A stretch of 64,000 nucleotides of DNA from Alloascoidea hylecoeti (lineage: Eukaryota). The position numbers were made by a program, and so were the translations under genes. The notes beneath the pieces are model-generated. The model made no database searches and was not told where the DNA came from. It worked only from the letters and a program-made list of their open reading frames with translations. Positions 24,090 to 36,965 of this stretch are shown here, piece after piece. Within the stretch, counting starts at the first letter, position 1. Every line of letters starts with the position of its first letter. The DNA is taken from NCBI GenBank assembly GCA_001600815.1, contig BCKZ01000003.1:810581-874580 (forward strand). Reading direction: 5' to 3'.

Positions 24090-27031
24090 CAATATCAATA
24101 TCCAAATATCCTCAATTTAGAACGACAATCGGTATGCTCTCTTTCCAGACACTACCACTAATTATAATATGAACTGAGTTTTGTAGATATTCCCGAAGCT
24201 TACTACTATAATGATAAGAACTCATTTGAATGAATCATTACTCGTTTCATCATTGTTCAACAATCAGCCGATGAGATCAAGGACTCAACAGAAAAAATAG
24301 CATTCAATAAAGATATTCTGGAGAAGTTTGCTGGAGGATATAACTTACACCTAATATAATATCTTTGGTCTTACAATTGGGTTGAACATCCGTGGCCATA
24401 ACGAAACCATTCGTAACCCAAGACTTACTCCATATATTTATCCACCATAATATCACTACATAATATTAGCTATAGGTCTATATATTACCTAACACATATA
24501 TATATTACCTAACACATATAATAAAATCAATTTAATTATAAGCTTATAAGTATTCCTAACTAAAAGACCGATAGAATAGTTCTAGAAGCTAGGCATATAA
24601 GCTGATTCACAAATACATATCTGCAATACGTAGTACCGTTTTTCCTGAACAGACTCAAATGAATATTAACGAATAGGATTATCCATCCATATGTGGGTCA
24701 AACGCCATTGGTAACAGAGTATAAGGTTTCTTTTACCAGGATACACACCATGACTCGCCATTATAGAGGAATTAGCCTGCCACCATCACACATTCTAAGA
24801 TAGTTTGGGTTTAATTGTGTTTAAACCATCCTTATCAACTACAAGATCTTTATCAGCATTTCTCGATGTTGTAAACATATCCATAAGCATATCAAACTTA
24901 TTGGATAGATCATTGAATTTATCTTCAATTCTTTTAACATCAGATTGTCAGTTTTGAACTCTTCAAACTCCGATCTCAAATCCCCGAATTGAGGAAGTAA
25001 GCTATTAGCGGTTGCTCTACTTGAGTTACTATTATCAACCATTTTATCGTATTTACGTTTTCAGATAACTTGATTCGTTAGATGAGATATAATAAATTTT
25101 GATAAATATCGATTGATGTAATAATTAATTTTTAGATAATTTAATAAGCGTAGATTTTCCGACACATTCAGCATACATTTACATATGCTCCACCTTCTTC
25201 AACGACGTAAAGCCTCAAAGTCTGTTCTGAAGGTTCGATATTCCTGATTTGCTATTTTGTCACCAATTTATGAAGGCCTGTATTAGGCTGCTTTCTATCA
25301 AAATCAGGCATATTTCACAGTGTACATACTTTACTAGTATCTTTCATCTCTTAATGATATACTACAAGTTTACGACAATTATTCTTACTCGTCATAATCT
25401 AAGTTGTAGAGGAGTGACACTACTATATAAATACTACTAAAACCGTTAATAAAATATAATCAATTCAAATGCTTAAGCCTAAATATTTTAGATCACCTTG
25501 GAATGCTGGAGATAATTTATGGCCGCCAAAACTACCCGAAATCAAGAATGTAGAAATTCTAGATTTAGCATTTACACATAAATCCTATGTTAGTAAAGTT
25601 AATAAAGTCAAATTAAGTAATGAACGTCTTGAATTTCTTGGTGATTCTATTCTTAATCATTTAACAACATTAAATATATATCAAAGATTCCCTCATTTCG
25701 ATGAAGGTATATTAACAAGAACAAGAACAAGTATTGTTAATAATAAAACACTAATAGAATGGGCACATTTATATGGATTTGAAAATCGAATGAGATCAAA
25801 ATTATGTCTTGATAAGGGGAATTATAATACAAAAATTTATGCAGATTTAACAGAATCATATATTGGAGGATTATTTCTTGAGGATAAATCAAATCATATG
25901 ATAGAATTCAACCATGGTTAAATAAATTAATGGAGCCGTTACTTAAAACAAGTGTAACGAAAATACCGACTGTTAAAAGTATACAATCATCTACAAAATG
26001 ACAGGCAAAAAGTAAAGTTGATGCCTCGAACTCAAATGTATTAAAAAGGAAGAGTAAGCAAAGTCTATCAAAAAGTTTAAATCCTAAAGGTAAGATTAAT
26101 AAAATACAAGAAAATGAAAAAAGAAGTGAAGACAAACTTTCAAATCAAATTAGACAGACAGATGCACCAATACCTTTGGCTACTGAAATGTATGCAAAGA
26201 ATACTATTCATGGTATATTAGGAAAGTACAATTTAACAGCAGAATATTCTTGCCTTACACCAATTAATTCACCGGTGAAGAGAATGATGTTAACAGCAAA
26301 TGGTTTAATTTTAGGTATTGGTGAAGCTGACAGCAAAATAAAGGGAGAACGAAAAGCAGCAATGAATGCTTTGAATAATAAAAAAATAGCTAGAATATTT
26401 GCGCACTATTTATACCACAAAAAATGATTTTCTTTTTTCTTGTTTTAATTCTTTGAATATTGAAAAGTATATTGTAATTAATATTGATGATGTAGGTAAA
26501 AAATAGTTACATTTTGATGTAACGAGAAAATGGAGTATTATAATAAACGATTCTATATTAATAAATTCTTCGACGGATCATGATCGATATCAAAAATGTA
26601 TGATCATCTGATAATTATAATATTGAAAAGAAAAATGAGTCTGACTCTACTTATGGTCAAACTGTTGAGTTATAGACGAATTGTATCGATTAAATGAAAT
26701 TATTCCTTCGGCAGATCATTGGAAATTTTATTGTAAAATATAAAGTAGAAGAGAATTTTTGCAGCGATATCATAAGCAAAACAATTTTTGTAAAACGAAA
26801 ATGCATTACGTATGGCACACGGCTTGAATTCTTGAGCAAGGACTAATATTTGGAAAATGACAGATTGATTTACACTGGGGCCTGCTATAAACGAATATGG
26901 ATGTTTTTATATGTCATAGAATATATTAGCTAGTGGTTGGAAACACTTATAGTCTTAGATGTTGGCTGAGTGTGGAGTTCTACCTCTTTGAAAACTAGTC
27001 CTAAAGTTGGAACCGTGCTGCTGAATATTAC
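24090..27031 (+). repeat. Segmental duplication copy 2 (RNase III locus plus flanks)
   Basis: 26133-27031 is near-identical to 17872-19011 except for a 244-bp indel; both copies end at GCTGAATATTAC. Confidence 0.85.
25469..26427 (+). pseudogene. RNase III (Rnt1/Dcr1 family) gene with intact catalytic motifs, disrupted by a frameshift (~25895) and a TGA (25999)
   Basis: WPPKLPEIKN..AFTHKS, SNERLEFLGDSILN, EGILTRTRTSIVNN, KIYADLTESYIGGLF; RIQPWLNKLMEPLL and the terminal dsRBD continue in another frame. Confidence 0.85.
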
Positions 27032-28405
27032 GCTTCATTTTATGGGAGGTAATTCTTAGGTATATTTCAGACGGAATATAGCTTAGAAAAGATACGACAC
27101 CATACACGATAAAATAGAAAATTCACAATTCTCTGGATGTTAAGTAAATAGTAACATCGATATATTATATTATATAAAAAACATCTCACGATAAGCATAA
27201 ATAACTCAAAACTCTTCTTTAATTCTTGGGAAAGCTTATGGATTGTATTGGATATATATTTAATATAACTATATAGTTATATTACTATATATCCAATAGA
27301 TTGATATTTGAAAAGGGAAAATTGCTTTAAATTGAAGCACCTATGAACTTACTAGATATTTCGATCAATGTTAATGGGATTTTAGTTATACATAGACTTA
27401 AAATGATTCCTTTAAATGTTCATTGTATAAATATAAAGTACTAGGTTACCCCTATAAAGCATATGATGTTAATATTAACTAATATAAAAATAATAGTTTC
27501 TGTATCCATATATAATCATAGATTACTGATATTTCGATATGAGATGGTAAACACAAAAACTAAAGAGCTAAGGGCCTGTCATCCAATTCTTCAAGGCCTC
27601 TATGACAGTAAAAAATGATTGTTTTAAATTGGATGTACAATTCTTATCATTTGATTTATCATCATTATTTGAAAACATTTACCGTCGTATAGATGTAATC
27701 TAAATATATCTATTGGACAGCTATTGAAACCTGTTGGTGAATTAATAAGCAAAACAATAGGTACAATAAAAAATATATTTATATATAATTTAAAAATGAT
27801 TTTTACGGGTTTGTGCTTAAAGATGGTTTACTTGAGAAAAAAAACCCCTCATTTTAACATCAAAAAAAATTGCGAACAAAGAGTAAAAATCTTACTGTTA
27901 AAGTCATGGGAAAGCCAAAGCCTAGGCCTAATGGAAACGAAGGAAAATTTATAGAAAATGTGTTACAAACGATTAAAAAAAGACCGTTGCAACCCTTTGC
28001 AATGGCATGAAATGTCGGGCGAGGAACAGGGATCTCTTCTCCTTCAAGAGACTATAATGTGAGAAACTCCGGTACAAAAAATAAATGATTTTAACTGGAA
28101 TGTAGACTCATATTTGTTGCTGGTTTTGCAAAACGTAGCAAATTTGATGGTGATGGTGAAAGGCTTATTGTGCTTATTATATGGATAATTACTCACTCTC
28201 CGATACGAATAGCTTATAATTAGACTTGAGTCATGATATTCCGTCTCGTAAAGATCAATATTAAAATCTAGCTAGGAATAATAGATAGTATGCTATTACT
28301 ACACTTAAGCTTGTGTAAAATTGAAAGTGATACAAGAATTAGCATTAATACATATCATACTCACACTCTAAGTGATTTTTAAATTAAATTAAAATAAATT
28401 AATAT

Positions 28406-28965
28406 TTACTCTTTTTTAGATGCTAAGAGTTTAGCAATCCATTCACTAAAAGATTCTTTAACAACTATACCTTGTGGGGTGAAAAAACCATTCATTCCTA
28501 TTTCACCTTTAATATTTTTAGCTTTACCATTTTTATTTTCAATCTTAATAGAAACGATATATTTTGGTTCATATTTTGGAGCTTCTGTTGATATAGTGAT
28601 TTTTGAACCATTTTTATTAATACCTTGATATTTAATATTTCCTTCAACATAAAACATCCAAAAGGTTAATATTGTATTGAGAATGAAGAAAGCAGGCACA
28701 GCAAATCTACAATAAGGTAGAGCTGCGATGAAACCATTCTGGTAATCATAATAACCATATAAAGCAGCAATAATAGAAGCTGTAAAACCAATTGCCATAC
28801 GAATATCACCTAGAATGAATGATTGCGTGTAGCCACGTTTACTGAAAATATCGGGTAGTTGATCATCCAGGACCGTTCGAAGCGCAACAGAGGAACTATC
28901 AATCGTTAGTAGGGAAACACACATCAGGAGAGGGGACGGGAAGGGGCATACCTTAAATTTGCCAT
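28406..28965 (-). CDS. SPC2: Signal peptidase complex subunit Spc2/SPCS2, 2 exons
   Basis: ATG 28965; intron 28951-28896 (GTATGC..TACTAAC..TAG); LDDQLP..GYTQSFILGDIRMAIG, two TM segments, FFTPQG. Confidence 0.85.
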
Positions 28966-29145
28966 CTTTGTTGATTCACGTAGTTTTTTTGATTTCCAGT
29001 AGTAACATCAAATAAAATATATTATAACAGATGGGTTCCCAGATATACTGCAGCAACCTGATCCCTGCGTATACTTCAGCATGAGGATCAATCATTTTCA
29101 CTCATAGCGATAAACCTCCAACCTGGGGGATTTGGGGTATTGTAA

Positions 29146-31134
29146 ATGTCCAAGTTCAACGCAAATGCAAGCCCCTTCATCCCATCTTTGTATGTACCCT
29201 CTCATCACAAAATGCAATCAAACACTTCAAAACAAGAATATCAAAATGGCTCTGGGAAAGCCAAAAAAAAGAGATTAGGCCATCGTCAACGGCAAGCAAA
29301 GTATAATAATCAAAGGAATAATGCTAATATTAATAGTAGTAATGATGACTCATTAGAAGAAGAATTGTACTATGCTGGTTTAGCCTCAAAAAATACAAAG
29401 GGAAAACAGATTCATATTGATCATTTATTGAAATTCAATTCACCTCCAAGACCAAGTACTCAGCATTACCATACCAATAGAAGACGGAATAATTACTCAA
29501 ATCATATTGAGTTGAAAGGTTTATCTTTTATTAATGCTAATTATCGATTTATTGTAAATCCTAATGGGAATTACGATCAAGTAATTGCTGATCCAGATCA
29601 TGTTCTTTCTTCAACTGATATTGATAGAGTAATTGTACCTTCTGGTGATACTTGTCCTATTTGTCTTAGTGATGAACCTTCAGCACCAAGAATGGCTGAA
29701 TGTGGTCATATTTTCTGTTTAGCTTGTATTCTAAGATATTTTGATTCAACTTCTCATTCAGATTCTGATCACAAGCAGAATGGTGAAATAAATTATAAGA
29801 AACCAAAAAATTATAAACAGTGTCCTTTATGTACGGAAATTATACCTTCTGTTGATTCAACATTTCCTGTTTTAATAAATCCTTACGATCCAAGATTTGA
29901 TACCCCAAAGGAAGGTGAAGAAGTTATATTAAGATTAATGGAAAGAAAACATGATAGTATTTTAGCGCTACCAACATCAATTCATGATAATATATCTAAT
30001 AATAAAAATAAAGATATTCCTTTTATTACAGATGAAATAATTTCATATCCGAGATTTTTAAAATCAACAAATGAATTTTTAGTTAAAGAATATCAAAAGG
30101 AAATTAAAACTATACAAGATTTAGCTAAAAATGATGCACTATTATATGGTGAGGATTCAATTGCTTTTTCAAAAGATGCTATACGTTTATTAAAACAAGA
30201 AATTACACAATTAAAATCATTAAAAAATCATTATGAACTTAATAAAATTCTTGATGATAATAGTAATAAAAATAATAATGATAATAATTATTATTATTAT
30301 TATGAAACTGGTTTTAATACACCAACTCGTTATTTTTTATCACCACTTGATATTAAAATTTTAAAAACAACTTATGGAACATATTCAAATTTCCCACAAA
30401 TTATTCATACAAAAATAATAATAATCGATCATCAAATTTCATGTGATGAATTTTTAAAAAAAAAAATGAAATTTTTAAATCATTTACCAACTGGAGCAGA
30501 TATTTCTTTTTTACAATGTGATTGGAAAAATATTATACCAAATGATATATATGAAACTTTTAAAAAAGATTTATTTAAAAGGCAATCAAAAGCAAATGAA
30601 AAAAAATTAAAAGAAGATATTGAAAAATTAAAAGCTGAAAAGGAAGAAGAAGTTAAAACTAGAAATTTTTATAATGTTGATGGTGTTTTCAGTTATTCTG
30701 CAAATAATAATTTTGATGATAATAATATCTCAAATATCAATGATGATTATGATTGGGTTCCTTTAACTTCAAATTATGATAATGATTTACTAGACAATGA
30801 ATTTGATTCAAATGATGTTTTAATTGGTAAAGGAAAGGAAAAAGACGTTAGTTCTAGCGTTGGAAAATATGAAACGACTGTTTGGGGTACGAAAATACTT
30901 AAAGCAAGCGAACCTGAAGAGACAATTCATTTATCACCTGAAGAAGCAGAGGAACGTCGTACGATGAGCCTTTTAGCTGATCTCGATTTGAAAGCCCATA
31001 ATAATTTGCCTCAATCTGGTATCAACTCAAGTACATCTAAAATTAGTAGAAATGGGAATGAAAATGAAGGAGGTCGTAGAAAAGGGAAAAAGAAAAGATT
31101 AGTATTACTGTCAACAAATGGTGGACTTTTATAA
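29146..31134 (+). CDS. MAG2: RING E3 ligase Mag2/RNF10
   Basis: IDHLLKF, FINANYRFIV, CPICL..APRMAECGHIFCLACILRY..CPLC, YFLSPLDIKILK, TTVWGT, KKKRLVLLSTNG. Confidence 0.85.
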   Translation: MSKFNANASPFIPSLYVPSHHKMQSNTSKQEYQNGSGKAKKKRLGHRQRQAKYNNQRNNANINSSNDDSLEEELYYAGLASKNTKGKQIHIDHLLKFNSPPRPSTQHYHTNRRRNNYSNHIELKGLSFINANYRFIVNPNGNYDQVIADPDHVLSSTDIDRVIVPSGDTCPICLSDEPSAPRMAECGHIFCLACILRYFDSTSHSDSDHKQNGEINYKKPKNYKQCPLCTEIIPSVDSTFPVLINPYDPRFDTPKEGEEVILRLMERKHDSILALPTSIHDNISNNKNKDIPFITDEIISYPRFLKSTNEFLVKEYQKEIKTIQDLAKNDALLYGEDSIAFSKDAIRLLKQEITQLKSLKNHYELNKILDDNSNKNNNDNNYYYYYETGFNTPTRYFLSPLDIKILKTTYGTYSNFPQIIHTKIIIIDHQISCDEFLKKKMKFLNHLPTGADISFLQCDWKNIIPNDIYETFKKDLFKRQSKANEKKLKEDIEKLKAEKEEEVKTRNFYNVDGVFSYSANNNFDDNNISNINDDYDWVPLTSNYDNDLLDNEFDSNDVLIGKGKEKDVSSSVGKYETTVWGTKILKASEPEETIHLSPEEAEERRTMSLLADLDLKAHNNLPQSGINSSTSKISRNGNENEGGRRKGKKKRLVLLSTNGGLL

Positions 31135-32859
31135 AAACTAATGTGAACAATAGGCAATATATTTTTTTATATGAATAAAAATAGATACTAAAATTATGAA
31201 TATAATTAAAAAATCTTCTTACTATACAAATTACTTACTATACACAGACATGTATAACAAACACACCCACAAAGTGGCATAAACACTCACCACTCACCAC
31301 GCACCACACTCCACTCATGGTACCCCAAACAGCTGCAGAAAATTCGATCGGAGAAAAACATCATTTTCTTCCAAAAATGGAATTGGCATAATATACTACA
31401 TCACCTTACTTCCTTCTCTTCAGCCTCATTTCATATTGATAGCTTAGTATACATAAAATTAAATCAAATGTGAAATCTTTAACTCTAGTAATATGACCGG
31501 TTAATGTAAATGTTGGATTAACAATACTTCCTTGTTCTGGTTCTTTAACATCTTTTTTATATATAATATCGTCATCACCCGATTCTATAATTTTATTAAA
31601 TTCAATAAATTCAATAGCGTCATTTCAATTATACTCCTCTATTTCTCTTATACTTATCTTTGATGTATATTGATTTTTTTGATATTTATTTTTCATTTAT
31701 ACTTAATGATTTATTTATATTTAAGTCTAGACTCACATTAGTCTAATACTCATTAAATATTTTACATATATAAGCTAAATAGTTTTTTTTTCAGAAACTA
31801 TCGAATATTAATAAGTTTTTATTTATATACAGCTATTCACATTTACAACATTACCGTAACTTCCCCTTGATATTATTTGTCAAACACATTATATTTTGGT
31901 CACTTACTAAACTACAACATTTACTATGTCATACAACACAGATATAAATATGCCAGATGTTCAACCAGCTCCCGATACTACTTCTTCCCAGGTTATGAGC
32001 CCTGGTAGTGGAATTGACATTGAATAATTGGGATTTAGAGACATCTTGATCGAGAGTTGCCCTCACTTAAGTTTGTTTACCTTTTCCAAGACTTGCCATT
32101 GTAGTAATGGTGTTTTGAGTTTTTGAATATAAATCAGTATATTATTCTTTCTTAGATTGTTAACTAGTAGAAGTTTACTAGTTTGATAGTTCTCACTTAT
32201 TAAGTCGAAAAAACTGACAACGAAGATTCGTAAAATACAATGTGATTTTTTCTCTATTAATGTTCTAAATAAGATTATATAAAATATGTAAATGCGGGTA
32301 ACTATATAATTCCTGAAAGCAACCTAACAATACAACCAAATTGTATATAATAATTATAAGAGACATATCATTAATAACTGTAATATTTGAATATATTACA
32401 TCTTCAATATATTTACTCCATTATCAGTTTAAATGTAATAAACTTATGACAGGATAAATGTGATAAATATAAAGATGGATAAATGTAGATGTAATAAACA
32501 AAGCATTATTACATTCCCCAATTAATATTGTAACCATTTCAACTGGTGAGATAGCAGCATAGAATTGTCATAATGCTTGGTAACCGAAGTCAATACCTGT
32601 GAAGTCTCACTAAAACTACCCTAATATCTCCAAATAGTGTTTTTATGGAGTTTCCTATCTTTATCAGAGCTTCATCATTTGCAAAGTGATCACATCACAA
32701 AGAAAAAATTAAGTTCCAAACTAAGATTTTCTTATTTTTATGCAAATGTTCTAAATAACAACACGTGATGATAGCTGGTTTTTCTTTTTACCCGGACACT
32801 TAGAATCGTCACTTTATGAAATTCACAATTAGTACTAACACCAATAATATATTTCAACA

Positions 32860-34011
32860 ATGGTTCTTGATCAGAGAAGTTTGGACGTTCTTTAGTATGT
32901 TTGATATCCATGGTAAATAAATTTATTTGTATTTTCTAATAATATTTTTGAATTTAGCACCTTCAAGGAAGCATTGTCCAGGAGAGATGATGGTAAGTGA
33001 ACCTTTTTTCTAATATTTGAAATTCATACTAATAGACTAATAGCATCCGATTCGGAGGAAAGTGATATTGAAGAACCGACGAATAGAGGTAATAAATTGA
33101 AACGCGGTGCGTCTCAAGTATACCGAGGAAAATTAGGAATAGACTCTTATAATAGTCATGATGTTAAAGTAAGGTTTACACGTTCAGAGTAAACACAAGT
33201 AGAAATTATGTTAATCGTTTATTTTAGATTGTTGAATATGGAAACCAAAAGAGACCTGTCATTTACAAACGACGAAAATTGTTGGATGGTTCGCGTGATG
33301 AAGAAGGTGAAGAAATCAACGACCTTGACCCATATGACACCATAAATATTGAAGGCATGTTGATAGTACTTTTTTAGGATGAACTTGCTCTAACCCATAA
33401 TTTTAGACTTACTTTCACCTATTGGCCATCCATCTGAAGTCGTATCACACCCTGCAATATCACGAACTTATAAATCTAATACTCTATCTATTTTAGCTAA
33501 AAGAGCTTTGGATGTTATTTCCTCGGAACAAAAACATGTTGTTCAATTTTCAAGACTAATGTCGATTTTTTTAGGAGATGATCCATCTTTTTTATTACCT
33601 GAAAATTTAAACTTACCAGATTACAATCATTATAAAGTTGATGAAGATACTCTTGGTTCTTTAATGGAAAATAATGAAAATCAAACCGATACAGAAGAAA
33701 ATAATTTAATAAGAAAAGCAACAAAATTATTAAAACCAAAATCTGAAGAAGATGAAGATAATAATGATAATTTTTTTGGTTTACCTCAACTTCCTTTTGA
33801 TCCAAATTTTGGAATTTCACCAGAAGCGGCTGAAGAGACAAGACAACTTACACAAATTGCATTACAAAGAAATGAAGAATTTATTCGTTGTATGATGAAA
33901 TTACGAAGTAGTTTAACACATGCTGATAGAATTAGAGATAGAGTATTTCGATGGTGTAAAGAAATGAATGGGGATGTTGATGATGAAAAGGAAGGAACTG
34001 AAAAAAGATAA
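32860..34011 (+). CDS. RXT2: Rpd3L histone deacetylase complex subunit Rxt2, multi-exon
   Basis: Spliced FKEALSRRDD|SDSEE..PTNRGNKLKRGA, DPYDTINIE|LLSPIGHPSEVVSHP, IFLGDDP, RQLTQIALQRNEEFIR; 4 introns. Confidence 0.8.
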
Positions 34012-34104
34012 AATGTTTATTTTAAGGAATACATACATCTATGATTTGTATTTTTACTATAGTAGTTTAATATTTAATAAAATAAAATGCCATTGTCATT
34101 AATA

Positions 34105-36821
34105 TTACCAACCTTGGGTTTTCTTATCAAGAACACAATCAAGACCGATATATTGTTGATTGTTTTTTTTCTCTTCAAAAAATTCAATAACACAACATTT
34201 AACAACATCATCAAATAAATTATAAATCATCTCTTTTAGATCATCACCCGTTTGTTTGAAATCAGGATAAGAATTAACTTCTAATAAATGAACTTTCAAA
34301 TCTTCATCAATTAAAAAATCAATACCAAAAATTTCAAAAGCATTTGGTATAGTTTGAAAATGAATCATATTATTTAAAGCTGCTAAAAATAAATCTGAAG
34401 TAATTGATTTGATTTGTGTATATATTTTTTCTTTTGATTCATCTGATAAACCTTCCAATTTCCAAAATTCAAAAACATTTCCATTATGTTCATAATCATT
34501 CTCTTGTAAACAAGTATTTGTTAAATGACCTTTCATATCGATTTTACCATCAGTTTCAATTGGAGTTTCATAACTTTCATTTGAAAATAATGCAAGCATA
34601 TGCTTATAAACAAATACTTGAAGAGAACCTTTACATAAGATATAACTCCTAATATGAAATTTTCGTTTTTGATAAAAGGGTAAAAGTAATGTTTTGGTGA
34701 TATAATCCTGTATCACAAAATGGCGTAATTGAGAAGTTATAATACCATTATTATCTTCATTTTCATTTTCACTTTCATCATCATTTTCTTCTTCAAACTC
34801 TTCAAATATTGATTGAAGCTCATCAATTGTTGTAAATAATCTTATTCCTTGACCTTTATCACTCATACTCGGTTTCAATATATAAACTTTTCTTTCATTA
34901 CCTGATTTCGATTCATTCTCTTCAAGTTCTTGACGAAGTTCATAAACTTCATCTAATGCATCATCTAAAAATTCAGCATAATCTAATTCTAAAGAATAAG
35001 TATTAGGAAATGATTCTATTAATAAAGATTCTGGATGTTTCACTATAAATGAATGAATTGTATTTGCAAGAAAATGTTTCCTTATTAATGCTTTTCTATA
35101 AATATAAGAGCATATAAGATAATTTGAATCAGTCATTACTCTATCAAAATCAAAATCTTCATAATCACTAAATTGAAATAATTTCCCATTATCTGTAGTG
35201 GTGAGATTCTTAGAAGATGTAATGATTGGAATATTAGGTAAATATTTTGTAATTGATTGTTTTATTGCGGGATAAATATATGATTCTTCATCAATTGTAA
35301 TTAACGCTGTATGAGATCTAGAAGAACTATTAAAATATAACGAGAATGAAAAATTAATATTTATAATCTAGTATTGAGAACTTATCTCAAGTCCATCAAA
35401 TATATCAAATGGGTGAAAATAATAGAAGGGAAAAAAAATTATAAAAAATAGAATATATGAAAATTTGAAAACGGTACTGCTATATATTCATATATATATA
35501 ATAGAGACGATCCAAAAACTTCGAATTCCTATAAATAATTCCAAATATCCCACCCGCCCATTTCACAAGAACAACAATTTGCAAGTCAAAAAACATATCG
35601 AGATTGAACTTACCTTTTATCATCAGCTTCCTCAATATATTCATTAGTAGAGACTTGCTTTATAGCTTCACGATGACCATTGATTGCTGTTTCTGATTTA
35701 GGTATCTTAATGTTAATTTGTTCACGTAAAGGAAGATCCTTAAACGTGGCCTTCATGGGAGTAACACTATCCAATTCCAATGATATTAGTAAAATAGATC
35801 AAAGTTCTATATATAAATTTAACAAATACACACCTAACGTATCCTTCTTGAACGGTCCAGCCATCGTTGCCTGGTTCACTGACAGCAACAGAGTCGTGAA
35901 CAACACTAAAATCAGGAGACCAATGGAATTGAACTTTTTTAGCTTCACTAGAATCAACAATATCGGCCTTATTTTCTGGGTCTCTTTCTGGAAGTTCACC
36001 ATTGAAACTATAGGTACTACCCCATCGATTTTGTAAAATTGGAGCATAGAATATTTTTGTTTCATCGTTTAATTCTCTTGTTAATGGAATATTAACACTA
36101 TATAAATCAACACTTTTATCACTGGGCCAATTTTCATATAAATGTTTTATTGTAAAAACAGCGATCTTTGCAGCTTGATCTAATACATCAGGTTCAATGG
36201 TACGTGTGTTAAAAGCAAACGATAGTCCAATTGCCTTTTTATCGGATAATGCTGCTTCAAGTGCTGCACCAACAGTACCACTAGACATAATATAAGTAGC
36301 AGTTGAATTTCTACCATAATTTGGTCCCGATATAACTAAATCCACAGGTCCTTTATTAGGAAATAAATGATGAATTCCAATATCTGCTGCTGATGCTGGT
36401 GTACCATCAATAAGAGCCCATTCTTCTTTGGTATCATCATAATGATGTTTAGGTTGAGCATATGGACCATCATAAGAATTATTTTGAAGATTGGGTTTTA
36501 TAAAAGAAGCTGTTAAGTCCTTTCCTGCAAAGTGCGCTTTCCCAATCCAAGACCTAATAAATAACACAATTAGAAAGTTATATCAACAAAATTTGTAGAT
36601 AACAATAAATCTTGGCATACCTTTGCTGATCTGGTAGGCAAACGCTAAGGTCCCAGTTTGTATACTTTCTAATAGCATTTACAAAATAAATGATGTACGG
36701 AGATGTTTCGTCACTTGGAGGACCATCATCATTAGTTAACTATGACAATCGATAAATGGTTAGAACAATAATATTTTACAATTATTGATAAATATCGAAG
36801 AAAACATACTAAAACGTGCAT
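34105..36821 (-). CDS. PBY1: SurE / tubulin-tyrosine-ligase-like fusion protein Pby1, multi-exon
   Basis: MHVL|LTNDDGPP..SWIGKAH..SGPNYGRN..SSGTVGAA (SurE) joins in frame across an ~285-nt intron (35613 to ~35330) to ILKPSMSDKGQGIR..KFHIR..FGIDFL..LLEVNSYPDF (TTL). Confidence 0.85.
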
Positions 36822-36965
36822 TTCTGAGTAAAAATGAAAAATATTCAAGACGAAATTTAAAATTATACTAAGAATTATAACGTTTCACGTGCAAGGGAAA
36901 AGTCGGGTAAATAATCACCATTACCCGAACTCTATTTGAATATGCTACAATTGCAATCACAAGTT

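Noticed and set aside
27700..28250. Possible transposase or gene remnant (WTAIETCW..., PLQWHEMS...)
   Set aside because: Heavily interrupted; no motif I can assign reliably.
31260..31320. CA-rich, telomere-like stretch
   Set aside because: Short and irregular with no consistent repeat unit; internal location.
31926..32110. Short ORF MSYNTDINMPDVQPAP...
   Set aside because: About 33 codons with no recognisable homology or splice support.
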